Source: a bacterium (GTDB taxonomy: Bacteria > UBA8248). Taken from it: 64,000 nucleotides of DNA. The position numbers and the translations under genes are program-made. Numbering within the stretch: position 1 is the stretch's first letter; every line of letters starts with the position of its first letter. Below are positions 12,046 through 21,755 of the stretch, piece by piece. Below the pieces are notes generated by a model, which had not been told where the DNA came from, searched no databases, and was given only the letters and a program-made list of their open reading frames with translations. Location: contig OY843592.1 in the NCBI GenBank assembly GCA_963692865.2, forward strand, positions 3,104,001 to 3,168,000, given 5' to 3'.

Positions 12046-12487
12046 CCTTGCGCCGGGGTGAGGGTCAATCGCTCCCGCATTAGTTGCGATTGACCTTCGA
12101 TACGCGGCTTCGCCGCTACTCAGGATGAGGCGGAGAGATAGGCCGCTGCGCAGGGTGAGGGGGCCGTCGGATCGGGATGAGGGGGGAATTTCGCTCCCGT
12201 AGGGGCGGCTCGCGAACGGCCCTTCCCGGAGAAAAAACGGGCGCTTCGTGAAGCGCCCCTACGGTCGTCTTTCAAGAGGGTATTGTATGTCAGACATATA
12301 TGTCTGACATATCATGCGGCCCTGATTTTCGCCTCCACAAGGCGGGCCGCATGATATGCGGCCCCTACAAAAACCGTTCCCCCCCCCGGTCGCGTAAAAC
12401 ACTCGTTCATCAGGACTTTTTCAACGGCCCCCTCAAGGGGGGAGTGATTGCCGCCCTGGTTCGTCATTCCGGCGCGCGCCGGAATCC
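12046..12487. repeat. Repeat island: CCTTCGATACG..CTACTCAGGATGAGG element, two GTAG-REP doublets, TIR, CCCCTCAAGGGGGGAGTG end, GTCATTCCGG palindrome
   Basis: 12046-12130 is a near-identical reverse complement of ~25319-25403; REP doublets at 12199-12262 and 12283-12369. Confidence 0.8.
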
Positions 12488-12594
12488 ATTTTGACTTTTC
12501 ACCGGGCGGGATCGACCACGACCCCGTCGCCGTCCTTTGCCGTAGGAGCGGGGTCGGCCACGGGCGTCCGCCCCCGCAAAACACCGCATCCCCG

Positions 12595-13941
12595 TCACCC
12601 CTCAATCCCGCCTCCCGCCGCATGGTCGAACACCTTCGCCGGATCGAAGTCCTCCATCCCGACCGGGGGCAGCGAAACGCCCGCGTACGCCCCCGCCGCG
12701 CGGAATTTCTCGAGCAGCTCCCCATCGCTCAGCGGCCTCTCCGGCATGCCGCGCGCGGCGCCGCAAAAGCCGGCGGCCGTGCGGCCGTCCTTCAAGCCGA
12801 GCGTGAGGCGGATGCTTTCGGGGTGTTTCTCGCGCATCTCGTCGGTGGAAAGATCGGGCGCGCGCTCGACGCTCACCCGCGCCATGAGGGCGGACTTCTC
12901 GGGGCAGACGGCGCCGGGCGCGAGGTCCTCATACCGCACCCGGCCGTTAAGCGCGGCGCAGGCCAGGGCGTAGGGCAGGCTGAACTGCATCTCCTGCGGC
13001 GTGGCCGGATTCGGAAACACGAGACTCTCGCAGACGAGCCGCGGCGCTTCGGCGTGAACCGCGGCGACGTCGTCCGCGCCCGCGCCGAGTTCCGCCATGA
13101 GTTCGACCATCAGTTCGATGGCGGCCAGCGCCGCCGAGCAGACCGGGCTGGTCTTGAAGAGCAGGCCCGGGTCGCACAGGCGCCAGCGCCGGCCGATGGT
13201 GTCGAGCGCGGCCTCATCGGCGACGCCGCCGTTGAGCAGCGCCAGAAAGCCCCACTCGTCCTCGAAGGCGGCTTCCGGCCCGGTCAGTCCGGCCTTTGCC
13301 GCCCGGGCGAACGTAACGGCCCGGCGCGCGGCCTCGCCCACGAGGAGGGGCTTGGCGTCCGTGCCGAGCACGACCTTTCCCCCGCCTGCGGCGGCCGCGG
13401 CCAGGCCGATCGCGCTCGTCATCGCGTCCTCATCGAACTCCAGCAGGCGTCCGGCGGCGGCGGTCGCGCCCGTGAGGCCCAACGTGACCGTGCTCCACCA
13501 GCCGCGAAAGTAGTGCCCGTGCGCGCACAGGTCGGCGAGGGCGTACGCGACCTCCGAACCCGCGACGAAGGCGCGGCGAAGCGCGTCGGCGCCGGAGCCG
13601 AGTTCCTGCGCGAGGCCTAAGGCGGCGGGCAGCACCACCGCCGATCCGTGCATGATTCCCGTGTAGGAGGTATCGTCGAAGTCCCAGACGTGCGCCGCCG
13701 TTCCGTTGACGAGCGCCGCCGCCTCCGGGTCCGCCCGCCCGCCGGTCGCGAGCGCCGCTCTCCCCTCCCCGCGCGTTACCGCCGCAGCCAGGGCGCGCAC
13801 GGATGGATGCGCGCCCCCCGCGAGCATGACGCCCAGGGTGTCGAGCATGGCCCTGTCCGCGGCCCGCCGGACCTCGGAGTCGACCCGGTCCAGACCGCAG
13901 GCGAACCTCGCGAATCGCCGGGCTATCGGCGGCGTTTTCAT
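12595..13941 (-). CDS. MmgE/PrpD family protein
   Basis: NGTAAHVWDFDD, FKTSPVC, QFSLPY; starts 18 nt after grdB stop. Confidence 0.88.
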   Translation of the reverse strand: MKTPPIARRFARFACGLDRVDSEVRRAADRAMLDTLGVMLAGGAHPSVRALAAAVTRGEGRAALATGGRADPEAAALVNGTAAHVWDFDDTSYTGIMHGSAVVLPAALGLAQELGSGADALRRAFVAGSEVAYALADLCAHGHYFRGWWSTVTLGLTGATAAAGRLLEFDEDAMTSAIGLAAAAAGGGKVVLGTDAKPLLVGEAARRAVTFARAAKAGLTGPEAAFEDEWGFLALLNGGVADEAALDTIGRRWRLCDPGLLFKTSPVCSAALAAIELMVELMAELGAGADDVAAVHAEAPRLVCESLVFPNPATPQEMQFSLPYALACAALNGRVRYEDLAPGAVCPEKSALMARVSVERAPDLSTDEMREKHPESIRLTLGLKDGRTAAGFCGAARGMPERPLSDGELLEKFRAAGAYAGVSLPPVGMEDFDPAKVFDHAAGGGIEG

Positions 13942-13959
13942 GCGGCGGCGGCCACCCCG

Positions 13960-15276
13960 TCAGTACTCGAACACCGTCGGGCCGTCCACGCTTTCGGCGA
14001 GCGCGGCGACGGCGGTGCGGGCCGCGCCCAGGCGCCATTCGCGCTCGGCCTCGGGCGTCCGGGAGGGGTCGCCGAAGGGATGGTGGAAGTGTCCGGCGCG
14101 GTTGTTGACGATGCGGTTGACCCCGATGTCGCGCGCCACGTCGGGCAGGCAGGTGACGACCACGGTGGGGATGCCCTCCCGCTCCAGCGCCCTCGCCAGC
14201 GCAGCCCCGCTACGCGTGCCGGTGCCTCACGTGGCGGGGAGGACGACGCCCTCGACGCCCGCCTTCTGGAGTTCCGCGGCCCAGGCGCGGCCGATGCCGT
14301 CCATGGCGGTGAAGGCGCCGCCGTTCCCGCAGGTGCTCAGGAAATCATCGTGCAGTTCGGCGATCTCGCCCTCCTCCGCAAGCCTGCGGAAGGCGTCCAC
14401 GGCGAGCATGCGGTCGGGCGCCTCGTTCACGAACACGGTGTTGAAGCCCCCGTGTATCGAGATGAACGCGCCGCCCGGAAGGGCGTCTTTCCCCGCGAAG
14501 GAATACGCCGCCCAGTTCTCGTTCCTGGAGCCCGAGAAGCGGTCCGGGTTGCCGGGGGGCACCATGCCGCCTTCGGAGACGATGGCGATGCGCGCCTTTT
14601 TGGGGTCGGCGACGGGCGCAGGGGGCGCTATCTCCTCCAAGGAGGGAACGTCGAGTTCGGTCTCGTAAGGCTCGCCCCTGATTTTCTTCAGCACCATGTC
14701 TACGGCGCGGCGCGAGGTGGGTAGCTCGGCGATCTCGTTGTAGCGGATACCGCGCGGGAGATAGCCCTCCTCGACCGCGCTTCGAATCTCCTCGCCACGG
14801 GCGAGCCTGAGACCCAGGCGGACGGCGGCTTCGAGCGCCTCCTCCATCCCGACGGCGGAATCGGCGGCGGGGACGGTGTGGACGCTCGCGCCGGCGGCGG
14901 GGAAACCGGGGTTTTCCGCGTGCATGGCGGTGACGACGGGAACGCCCGCCTCCTGCGCTGCGCGGCAGACGGCGGCGCAGGCCAGCCCGTAGCGCCCGGC
15001 GTTGAAGGCGGGTCCCGCGATGAGGAGATCGGGCGAATGCTCCATAATCCGCGCGAGCGCCTCTTCGGCGCAGGCCTCCTCGTTTTCGGCGAAAAGACCG
15101 TCGCCCGCGAAGACGGTGGCGGCGACTTCGGCGTCCGCACCCAGGATTTTATCCAGCAGCACGCCGGGGCCTATGGGGCCGGGACGACTGGATACGGGGT
15201 GATCGCTCCTCTCCTCGCCCCCCACGCCTGCGAAGAACTGGTTCAAGTAGTGAACGACCCGAAGTCTACCGCTCAT
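13960..15276 (-). CDS. grdB: Glycine/sarcosine/betaine reductase selenoprotein B, 438 aa, Sec at UGA 14227-14229
   Basis: VVHYLNQFFAGVGGEE, AGPAFNAGRYG, IHGGF; frame continues through TGA: VLPAT-U-GTGTRSGAALARALEREGIP..GVNRIV..HPFGDP. Confidence 0.9.
14199..14215 (-). promoter_or_regulatory. Putative bacterial SECIS hairpin of grdB
   Basis: UGA + 11 nt + GCGUAGC-GGG-GCUGCGC (17-nt hairpin with G loop). Confidence 0.65.
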
Positions 15277-15502
15277 TGCCCGGCCTCCTGTGTGGATTCA
15301 TCCAGATCGACATTTCAGGGAATTATATACCAAAGTAACACACAATCTCTCATGAAACGTCAGGTGAGTGTTAGCTTTTCACGCTCTGAACCATTGCTTC
15401 ATCCAGATGCTCCTGTCTGGCCTTGGCGCGGACTTTCTTCCAAAGTTCAGTCTGGCGCGGCTGATAGTCCATGGGCTTGAGGGGAGGGTTGGGGGGGCCG
15501 TT

Positions 15503-16108
15503 TCATCGGTTGCGTCCAGCCCGACGGCGTTCTCGCGCTATTTCTTCAATTAACGGAAACGGGTCTTCGATGAATGGAGTGCTCAGGGGCCAAGTCAAAG
15601 GCACGCTGGTGGCCAGCAGATTCTGTCGCTGATATTCGGTGTATCGCTTGTGTTTGGACCTCGGCAGATCCTCGTTACGGGCGAATCCGAATCGCCACTC
15701 CTGCCCAAACTCAAAAAGATTGACGGCGAGAATGTCGAATTTGCCCGGCAATAAACATGTGGTTTCGATGGCGCTTCCATCGGGCAGCCGAACTGTTCGC
15801 CTGTCGCTTGCATCCACCTGACACCGCCCTACATAGCCACCATTGCTTCGGCGAACGCTTTTCGTCTGCAACGACTTCACCTCTACGGTGATGGTCTCAC
15901 CCTGGTATTCAAAGCTGAAATCCGCCGGGCGCGTGCGGTCATGGTCATCATAACGGGTCAGTTTGTGTATTCGCGCATCAGAAAATACGGAGCGTTGCAA
16001 CTTGTATTCGGCGATAAAGCCGACCAAAGGCCCACGAGCGCTGGGCCTTTCGGATAGGATGATATTCAAGTCCTCTATGGTGAGACCCCAGTCCTCGATT
16101 ATCCCCAT
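15503..16108 (-). CDS. Putative type II restriction endonuclease (PD-(D/E)xK)
   Basis: [17 protein letters not shown]; overlaps methyltransferase stop. Confidence 0.7.
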   Translation of the reverse strand: MGIIEDWGLTIEDLNIILSERPSARGPLVGFIAEYKLQRSVFSDARIHKLTRYDDHDRTRPADFSFEYQGETITVEVKSLQTKSVRRSNGGYVGRCQVDASDRRTVRLPDGSAIETTCLLPGKFDILAVNLFEFGQEWRFGFARNEDLPRSKHKRYTEYQRQNLLATSVPLTWPLSTPFIEDPFPLIEEIARERRRAGRNR

Positions 16109-16791
16109 GCTTGCTTTTTCTCGAATACGAGAAAATAGGAATGATTTTTGCGCGCATGTTTTTGTTTTAGAATGCGACTTGCGGCAGGCCGATTTCTGCG
16201 CATAACCACGAAGAGATCCCGAGCGTAAAAACCGTTCGCCGTGTACTCATTGATGATCTCTACGTGAGTCAACCATTGTTTGTTGGCGCTCACTTCATCC
16301 TGGCACTTCACAATCAGTACCCCTTTATTTCGCAATACCCTTGAGGCTTCCCGCCCGGCGGAAAAGTACATATCCAGCACGGCTGCATGATATTTCGGTC
16401 TCGTTGCGGGAGATTTACTCCCATTTGAATATGAGTCTCGAAAAGCGGCATACGAACCCGATCCTGCCAACATGGATTCTTGAGAACGATAGAACCCTTC
16501 CATGTACGGAGGATCGAGCACGACGCAATCAATGGTTTCATCACCATAGGGAAGTTTTCGGCAATCGACGTTCGTGCTTTCAATGTCGGATGCGATGACC
16601 TTGTAATCATCCGGGTCGACATTTTGCCAAAATATCCCCTTCCCATAAGTAACGTCCGCTATGGTGGAACCCCGGGGAACGTGAAGCTGTAATATCGAGG
16701 GGAATACGTCCGCATTTCCGGCAACGTGCGCGCTCAGAATCAAGTCGCTGGTAGCGACGCCGGATGGCGATTTTCGCGTTGCGCGACTCAT
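16099..16791 (-). CDS. Amino (N4-C/N6-A) DNA methyltransferase
   Basis: IADVTYGKG (SAM-binding) then VLDPPY; [15 protein letters not shown]. Confidence 0.82.
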   Translation of the reverse strand: MSRATRKSPSGVATSDLILSAHVAGNADVFPSILQLHVPRGSTIADVTYGKGIFWQNVDPDDYKVIASDIESTNVDCRKLPYGDETIDCVVLDPPYMEGFYRSQESMLAGSGSYAAFRDSYSNGSKSPATRPKYHAAVLDMYFSAGREASRVLRNKGVLIVKCQDEVSANKQWLTHVEIINEYTANGFYARDLFVVMRRNRPAASRILKQKHARKNHSYFLVFEKKQAWG

Positions 16792-17130
16792 GCCGCCGAA
16801 TCCTTGCGGCGGAACTTTTGAGCGTTAGGGTCGTGCTCAGGATGTTTCATTTATTCTTTTGTTTCCATCGGGCGGAGATTATAAAGGCCGGAAAACTCAT
16901 TCACGTATCTTTGGCGGTGTCTGCTTCTCATCTTATGATATACGCCATAATAGCCTCTTTTCAACATCGACCAAAACGACTCAATCCCGCTCGGGTGTGC
17001 TTATTATTCAGCAAGTAGATACTCATGGGCTCCATTGATTTTCGTTTTTTTTACACTATCCGTGGTATCCTTGTCAACTATATTCGGTTTTCCATCTTCT
17101 CGCGCTTGCCTTTGGCATGTTCTTTCGCGT
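16788..17130 (-). pseudogene. IS1595-family (ISXO2-like) transposase remnant
   Basis: Manual translation AHPSGIESFWSMLKRGYYGVYHKMRSRHRQRYVNEFSGLYNLRPMETKE*MKH; upstream fragment RKNMPKA; stops and deletions. Confidence 0.8.
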
Positions 17131-17175
17131 GTCAAACACCTGTTCGGGCGAACGTCTCCCTCGACGACCCCGCCC

Positions 17176-18459
17176 TTAGTACGCCCTGCCCACCATGTTG
17201 TTGATATCCCGCGCCCACTCGTTGGCGTAGTAGTCGCTGTCGGACAGGGTGAAGGCCTCGCGCATGTCGCATCGCCTGCCGTTGTAGAATTCCACGACTT
17301 CCGATCCGATGACCCGCTCCACCGCAGGGGCGGCGATGCGCTCCCCCTGCATCCCCTTCGAGACGACGGCGTCGGCCTCGGGCACGTGGAAGACGAGCGG
17401 GAACTCGCCCGAGCCCGGCTGGCCCACCTCGTAGATGATCGGAACGGCGCGCACGCCCGCCTGCTCGAGCGCCTGGACGGTGAGCCAGTAGTCCACCGTG
17501 GAGTTGCCGCCGCCCTCGAAGGCGAGCACCGCGCCGTCGGCCTTCAAGAGCGTTGCGAGCTTGGCGGCGTATTGCGCCGAGCGCTCCTTGAGGGCCTGGT
17601 TGTCGTGGTGGCCGCGCGTGATGATCATACCGCCGAAATCGAGGTCCACCCCGTGGCGGCGGTAGAGCTCGTATATGAGCGGCTTGTTGCAGTGCAGATA
17701 CGTCGGCGCTTTCTGCTGCGTCTTGTAGTTCGCCCCCACCACCGCGCCGTCGAGCATCTCGTTCGGGTGGATGAGGGTGGGCAGCGAATCCCCCAGGTTC
17801 TTGCCGTACATGAAGGTCTGGACCATGGACGCCTGGTGCATCACCTGATCGACGAACACGACGCGGGGGAGAGCGGGGTCGACATCTGCGAGTTCGAACG
17901 TCTCGACTTGTACGGGCGCCATATCCTTCGTGTGCGCGGCCAGCCGGGAGGCCAGTTTAAGCGTCGCGAGGCGCACGGCGTCGTCGTGCGCTTCGTTCGA
18001 GGCGCCCTCCAGCGGCTCGTAGCAGGCGACGAGGTTCGCGGTCTCCGAATTCGTGCAGTGAACCGCGCCGGGGCCGCACATGTCGATGATTCCCTCGCGA
18101 AAGCTCATGATGCCCGTCATGGGACCCAGGAAATGCGTGGAACTCACGACGCACATCCCGGCGAGCTTGTGCGTGCGGCCGTCGCCCGCCGTCTTCGCCG
18201 GGCCGAGAAATCCGGGATACGCGCAAGAGCGCCCGCTCACCTTGTAGAGCGGCTCGACGGCGTCCAGGACGTTCGTGATGCGGGCAGATTCACCCGGCGC
18301 AGCGGCGTCGAAGCGCACGCTCTTCAAGTCGCCCTCTTCGAGCGCGAGTTCGCGGAGTTCGTCCGCGTCCACGGTGAGCGTCCCGTCTTTGTATGCGAAG
18401 CGCTTCCCGACGATGATCTTCGAGACGGGGAAAAGGCCCATCTCCAGCCGCATGGACAT
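17176..18459 (-). CDS. Glycine/sarcosine/betaine reductase component B proprotein (GrdE/GrdG/GrdI family)
   Basis: APGESARITNVLDAVEP, AGDGRTHKLAG, EGIIDMCGPGA, LPTLIHPNEMLDGAVV, LKADGAVLAFEGGGN. Confidence 0.88.
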   Translation of the reverse strand: MSMRLEMGLFPVSKIIVGKRFAYKDGTLTVDADELRELALEEGDLKSVRFDAAAPGESARITNVLDAVEPLYKVSGRSCAYPGFLGPAKTAGDGRTHKLAGMCVVSSTHFLGPMTGIMSFREGIIDMCGPGAVHCTNSETANLVACYEPLEGASNEAHDDAVRLATLKLASRLAAHTKDMAPVQVETFELADVDPALPRVVFVDQVMHQASMVQTFMYGKNLGDSLPTLIHPNEMLDGAVVGANYKTQQKAPTYLHCNKPLIYELYRRHGVDLDFGGMIITRGHHDNQALKERSAQYAAKLATLLKADGAVLAFEGGGNSTVDYWLTVQALEQAGVRAVPIIYEVGQPGSGEFPLVFHVPEADAVVSKGMQGERIAAPAVERVIGSEVVEFYNGRRCDMREAFTLSDSDYYANEWARDINNMVGRAY

Positions 18460-18470
18460 ATTCGCCTCCC

Positions 18471-18923
18471 CTACCCCGCCGCGCGCATCGAGGCCAGGTC
18501 GCTCTCTATCTGCGGCAGGTCGAGCACCATTTCCATCATGAGCAGCTTCTCGGCGTACACGTCCCCGGGAACCTGGGCGCGCACCTTCTCTTCCAGAATG
18601 TGAAAAACGGGGAGTCCCAACGAGACTCCCGCCAGGGGCCCGGCCCAGCTCGGGTCTCCGGTGGTCAGCGTTTCGACCGCCAGCCGAAGGCCTTCACCGG
18701 GCATTCCCAACACCACCATCAGGTTCTCCGACCCGATTTCATCGGCGATCGACTTGATGGCGGACTGGTTCTCCAGGTCCATGGCGCCCGCGGAGGTTCA
18801 GACGAAACACTCCGTCTTCTCGAACACGACCTCCGCTCCCGCCGCCTCGATACACTCGGCGATCAGCGGGCCGGGAACGCCGTCGCGCTCGCCGAGCGCG
18901 ATCACCTTCTTGCCCTGGAACAT
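18471..18923 (-). CDS. grdA: Glycine reductase selenoprotein A, 150 aa, Sec42 at UGA 18798-18800
   Basis: [52 protein letters not shown]; GGAGG RBS. Confidence 0.95.
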
Positions 18924-18954
18924 GAGCATCCTCCACCTGCAAAAAACGAACGAA

Positions 18955-20382
18955 TCAAACCTCTATCAGCACCGAAGCTCCGTCGGCCTGCCGGGACATC
19001 CGGCCCAGGAACAGACTCCCTTTGGCGACGACCATTGTACTCGCAAGGCGGCCCGCCCGCATCCGCTCCAGGGCGTGGCCGAGAAAGGGAACGCCCGCGG
19101 GGATGTGGCCCTGCGTGGGCGCGAAACCGGGCATCCCGCGGGTTTCGACGAAGCCCGGAATCTCCTCGCGGGCGATCTCCCCGCCCATGACCGCCAGGGC
19201 GGCCAGCATCCTGTAGTTCGCGGCGGCCACGTCTCCCGCGCCCGCGGGCAGCATGATCTCGGGATTGTGCAGTTCGACGGCGTACTTATCGACGCTACCC
19301 ATCTTGCGTCCGGCGCGCGCCAGCGGATCCCGCACGAGCGCCTCCGCCAGCCCTTGCGGGGTGGAGGGTTTTCCCGCCGCGTGGCGTCCGGCGATCTGGA
19401 GATTCACCCGGGGGCTGGCGTCCGCATCTCCGGTAAGAAAAAACGCCACGCCGCCCAGTACGTCTTCCAGGACGGGTATCTCCTTCTCCAGATGGAAGTA
19501 GGCCTTCATCCCCAGCTTCGCCATCGAACCGCCGCCGACGACGGCGGCGTTCCCGACGACGCCCGCCTCGATGAGCGCCGCTGCGTGTACGAGCGCATAA
19601 ACGGGCGCCGCGCAGAAGGACTTCACGTCCACGCCCGCCGCATTGGCGCAGCCCGCCATCTCGGCGATTGCCTTGGCGAGATTGCCGCCGCCGCGGTTGT
19701 AGCGGTCGCCTACCGCCTCCTCCGAACAATTGATGACGTACTCTACCCGCCAGGGCGCGATGCCCTCCTGAACGAGAAGTCGGCGCAATGCGTATGCGCC
19801 GCTGGCCTTGGCCGCGAGGTTCTCCAGCAAAATGCGGGCGTCGAGGGATTCGTCCGACTCATGATCTCGGCGAACGCAGCCGATCAAGCTCCCATCCTGA
19901 AAAAGCGGCAGGGCCTCTCCCCGCTCGATGCGCCCTGAAATGTCTTCCCGCTTGTATTCCCTGGGTGGTTTTTCCCCATCGAGAAGCGCAGCGGCGGATT
20001 CGGAACCTACCTCACCCGGAACACGGCGCTCCCTATCGAGCATGATCAACCCGAACTGATCGGCCGCCTCAATAAGGGCGTAGAAGGCATCCTGCGGGAG
20101 GATTTCCCCGAAAGCGCCCTCGGGCGATGCGCCAGCGGGGGAATTCTCGTACCAGGGAGTGGGGAGTTCACCCAAATCCTCGGGCGCGATATTGCCGATG
20201 AAGGCTTGATTCGGCGCGTAGTCGACCGCATCTGCGAAAGACCGTAACTCCGTGAATTCCTCGCCCGGCGCCTGCTCCTTCCTTACGGCCTCGCGCCAGG
20301 GTTTCGAGCCGTAACGGACCAGATCGGGAACATGAACGAGAACGTTCGCCGCCGCGCGCAGATACGCAGTCATCACAGCCAC
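18955..20382 (-). CDS. grdC: Glycine reductase component C beta subunit (FabH-like fold)
   Basis: [68 protein letters not shown]. Confidence 0.92.
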   Translation of the reverse strand: MAVMTAYLRAAANVLVHVPDLVRYGSKPWREAVRKEQAPGEEFTELRSFADAVDYAPNQAFIGNIAPEDLGELPTPWYENSPAGASPEGAFGEILPQDAFYALIEAADQFGLIMLDRERRVPGEVGSESAAALLDGEKPPREYKREDISGRIERGEALPLFQDGSLIGCVRRDHESDESLDARILLENLAAKASGAYALRRLLVQEGIAPWRVEYVINCSEEAVGDRYNRGGGNLAKAIAEMAGCANAAGVDVKSFCAAPVYALVHAAALIEAGVVGNAAVVGGGSMAKLGMKAYFHLEKEIPVLEDVLGGVAFFLTGDADASPRVNLQIAGRHAAGKPSTPQGLAEALVRDPLARAGRKMGSVDKYAVELHNPEIMLPAGAGDVAAANYRMLAALAVMGGEIAREEIPGFVETRGMPGFAPTQGHIPAGVPFLGHALERMRAGRLASTMVVAKGSLFLGRMSRQADGASVLIEV

Positions 20383-20466
20383 CCAAAAAGGAGGAAGGAA
20401 AGTCTACGGGGGAATTTGTACCGGAAACGAGAGGGCGCCGCCATGCCTGCCCTCGACTGAACCGCC

Positions 20467-21252
20467 CTACCCCGCGGTATAGCCGCCGTCGGCGTATAGA
20501 ACGTGGCCGGTGTAGAAATCCGACGCGCTGGATGCGAGGAACAGGAGCGGCCCGGCCAGATCTTCGGGCTCGCCCAGCCGCCCCTTGGGGATCCGGCTCA
20601 CGATGCCGTCGCGCGTCCTGACGGCTTCGGGCGCGTCTGTGAACATCCAGTCCGTAAGTGCGGAGCGGAAGACGGTCGGCCCGACCGCGTTGACGGTGAT
20701 GCCCGTCGGCCCCAGCTCGCAGGCGAGCGCCTTCGTGATGCCGTCCACCGCCGCCTTCGACGCGCAATAGGCGGTATAGCCCGCGGGGTGGCCGAGAATC
20801 CCGCGCGTCGAGGAGACCAGGACGATCTTGCCGCCCTCTCCCTGTGCCTTCATCCGCCGCGTCGCGGCGCGCGCCAGAAGCCACGACTGCGTGACGTTCG
20901 CGTCCATGACGTCGGCGAACGCCGCGGGCGCCATCTCATCTATCTTCCCCACCCTGTTGATGCCCGACGCCACCACCAGGATGTCGAGGCGGCCATATTC
21001 CTCGACGGCCTTCTCCACCATACCGTCGGCCGCGGCCTCGGACTCGGGCCGCGCGTTCACCGCGGCGACTTCGGCCCCCAGCTCGCGGCACTCACCGGCA
21101 ACCGTTTCGAGCGCCTCCGCTGTTCCGGCGGTCAGCGTGAGGCGGCAGCCCGCTTCTGCCAGCGTCCGCGCGGCGACCGCGCCGAATGCGCCCGAAGCGC
21201 CTGTAATGAGCGCTGAGCGTCCGCTTACGTCGAATAATTCCGAGGGTTTCAT
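20467..21252 (-). CDS. Short-chain dehydrogenase/reductase
   Basis: ITGASGAFG, YCASK, YADGGY; start at MKPSEL. Confidence 0.9.
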   Translation of the reverse strand: MKPSELFDVSGRSALITGASGAFGAVAARTLAEAGCRLTLTAGTAEALETVAGECRELGAEVAAVNARPESEAAADGMVEKAVEEYGRLDILVVASGINRVGKIDEMAPAAFADVMDANVTQSWLLARAATRRMKAQGEGGKIVLVSSTRGILGHPAGYTAYCASKAAVDGITKALACELGPTGITVNAVGPTVFRSALTDWMFTDAPEAVRTRDGIVSRIPKGRLGEPEDLAGPLLFLASSASDFYTGHVLYADGGYTAG

Positions 21253-21386
21253 GTCGTACTTTCCTGATAGGGGACACGACCCGCGTCCCGCAGGCGTGAG
21301 AGATGATTCCGTATGCCCCATGCTAGGTATCATGCGGTCGTCGTGTCAAGAATGTAGGGGTTGTCATCTCCTGCAGTAGTGAAAGA

Positions 21387-21645
21387 AATCACTCCCCCCT
21401 TGAGGAGGAGTCGCGGAAACCAAGCCCTTGGGCGAAGGTTGACGCGGTGGGGGGTAGAATGCATTTTATCGCCATTGTGAATTTTACCCCCCACCAGTTC
21501 GCTTTCGGGCTTGCGCCCTCACCTCACTGACTCCCCCTCAAGGAGTGATTGGCTGGCGCTCTACAAGGGAGGAATATAGTTACCTCCCTCCTTGGGCGGG
21601 CACCATACGTGGAATTACGAAATCGTGGGCTTTTTCAATAACCCC
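21387..21645. repeat. Composite MITE-like element (CACTCCCCCCTTGAGG..CTCCCCCTCAAGG core plus TIR)
   Basis: Core 21390-21547; TIR GGCTTTTTCAATAACCCC near 21627-21645. Confidence 0.75.
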
Positions 21646-21755
21646 TCATCGCTCGCGTTTGACGCTCAAGAGATTGATCCCCAAACCGCGCGATCGAACG
21701 GACGCTCAGTCCCGCCCCTGCAAAATCATTTTCGTGTTTACCGGCTAGCCCTCCG

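Larger units (their letters stand above)
15318..17130 (-). mobile_element. Degenerate IS1595-family element carrying an RM gene pair
   Basis: Transposase remnant at 16788-17130, low-GC cargo, candidate end GGGAATTATATAC at 15318-15330; other end not found. Confidence 0.55.
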
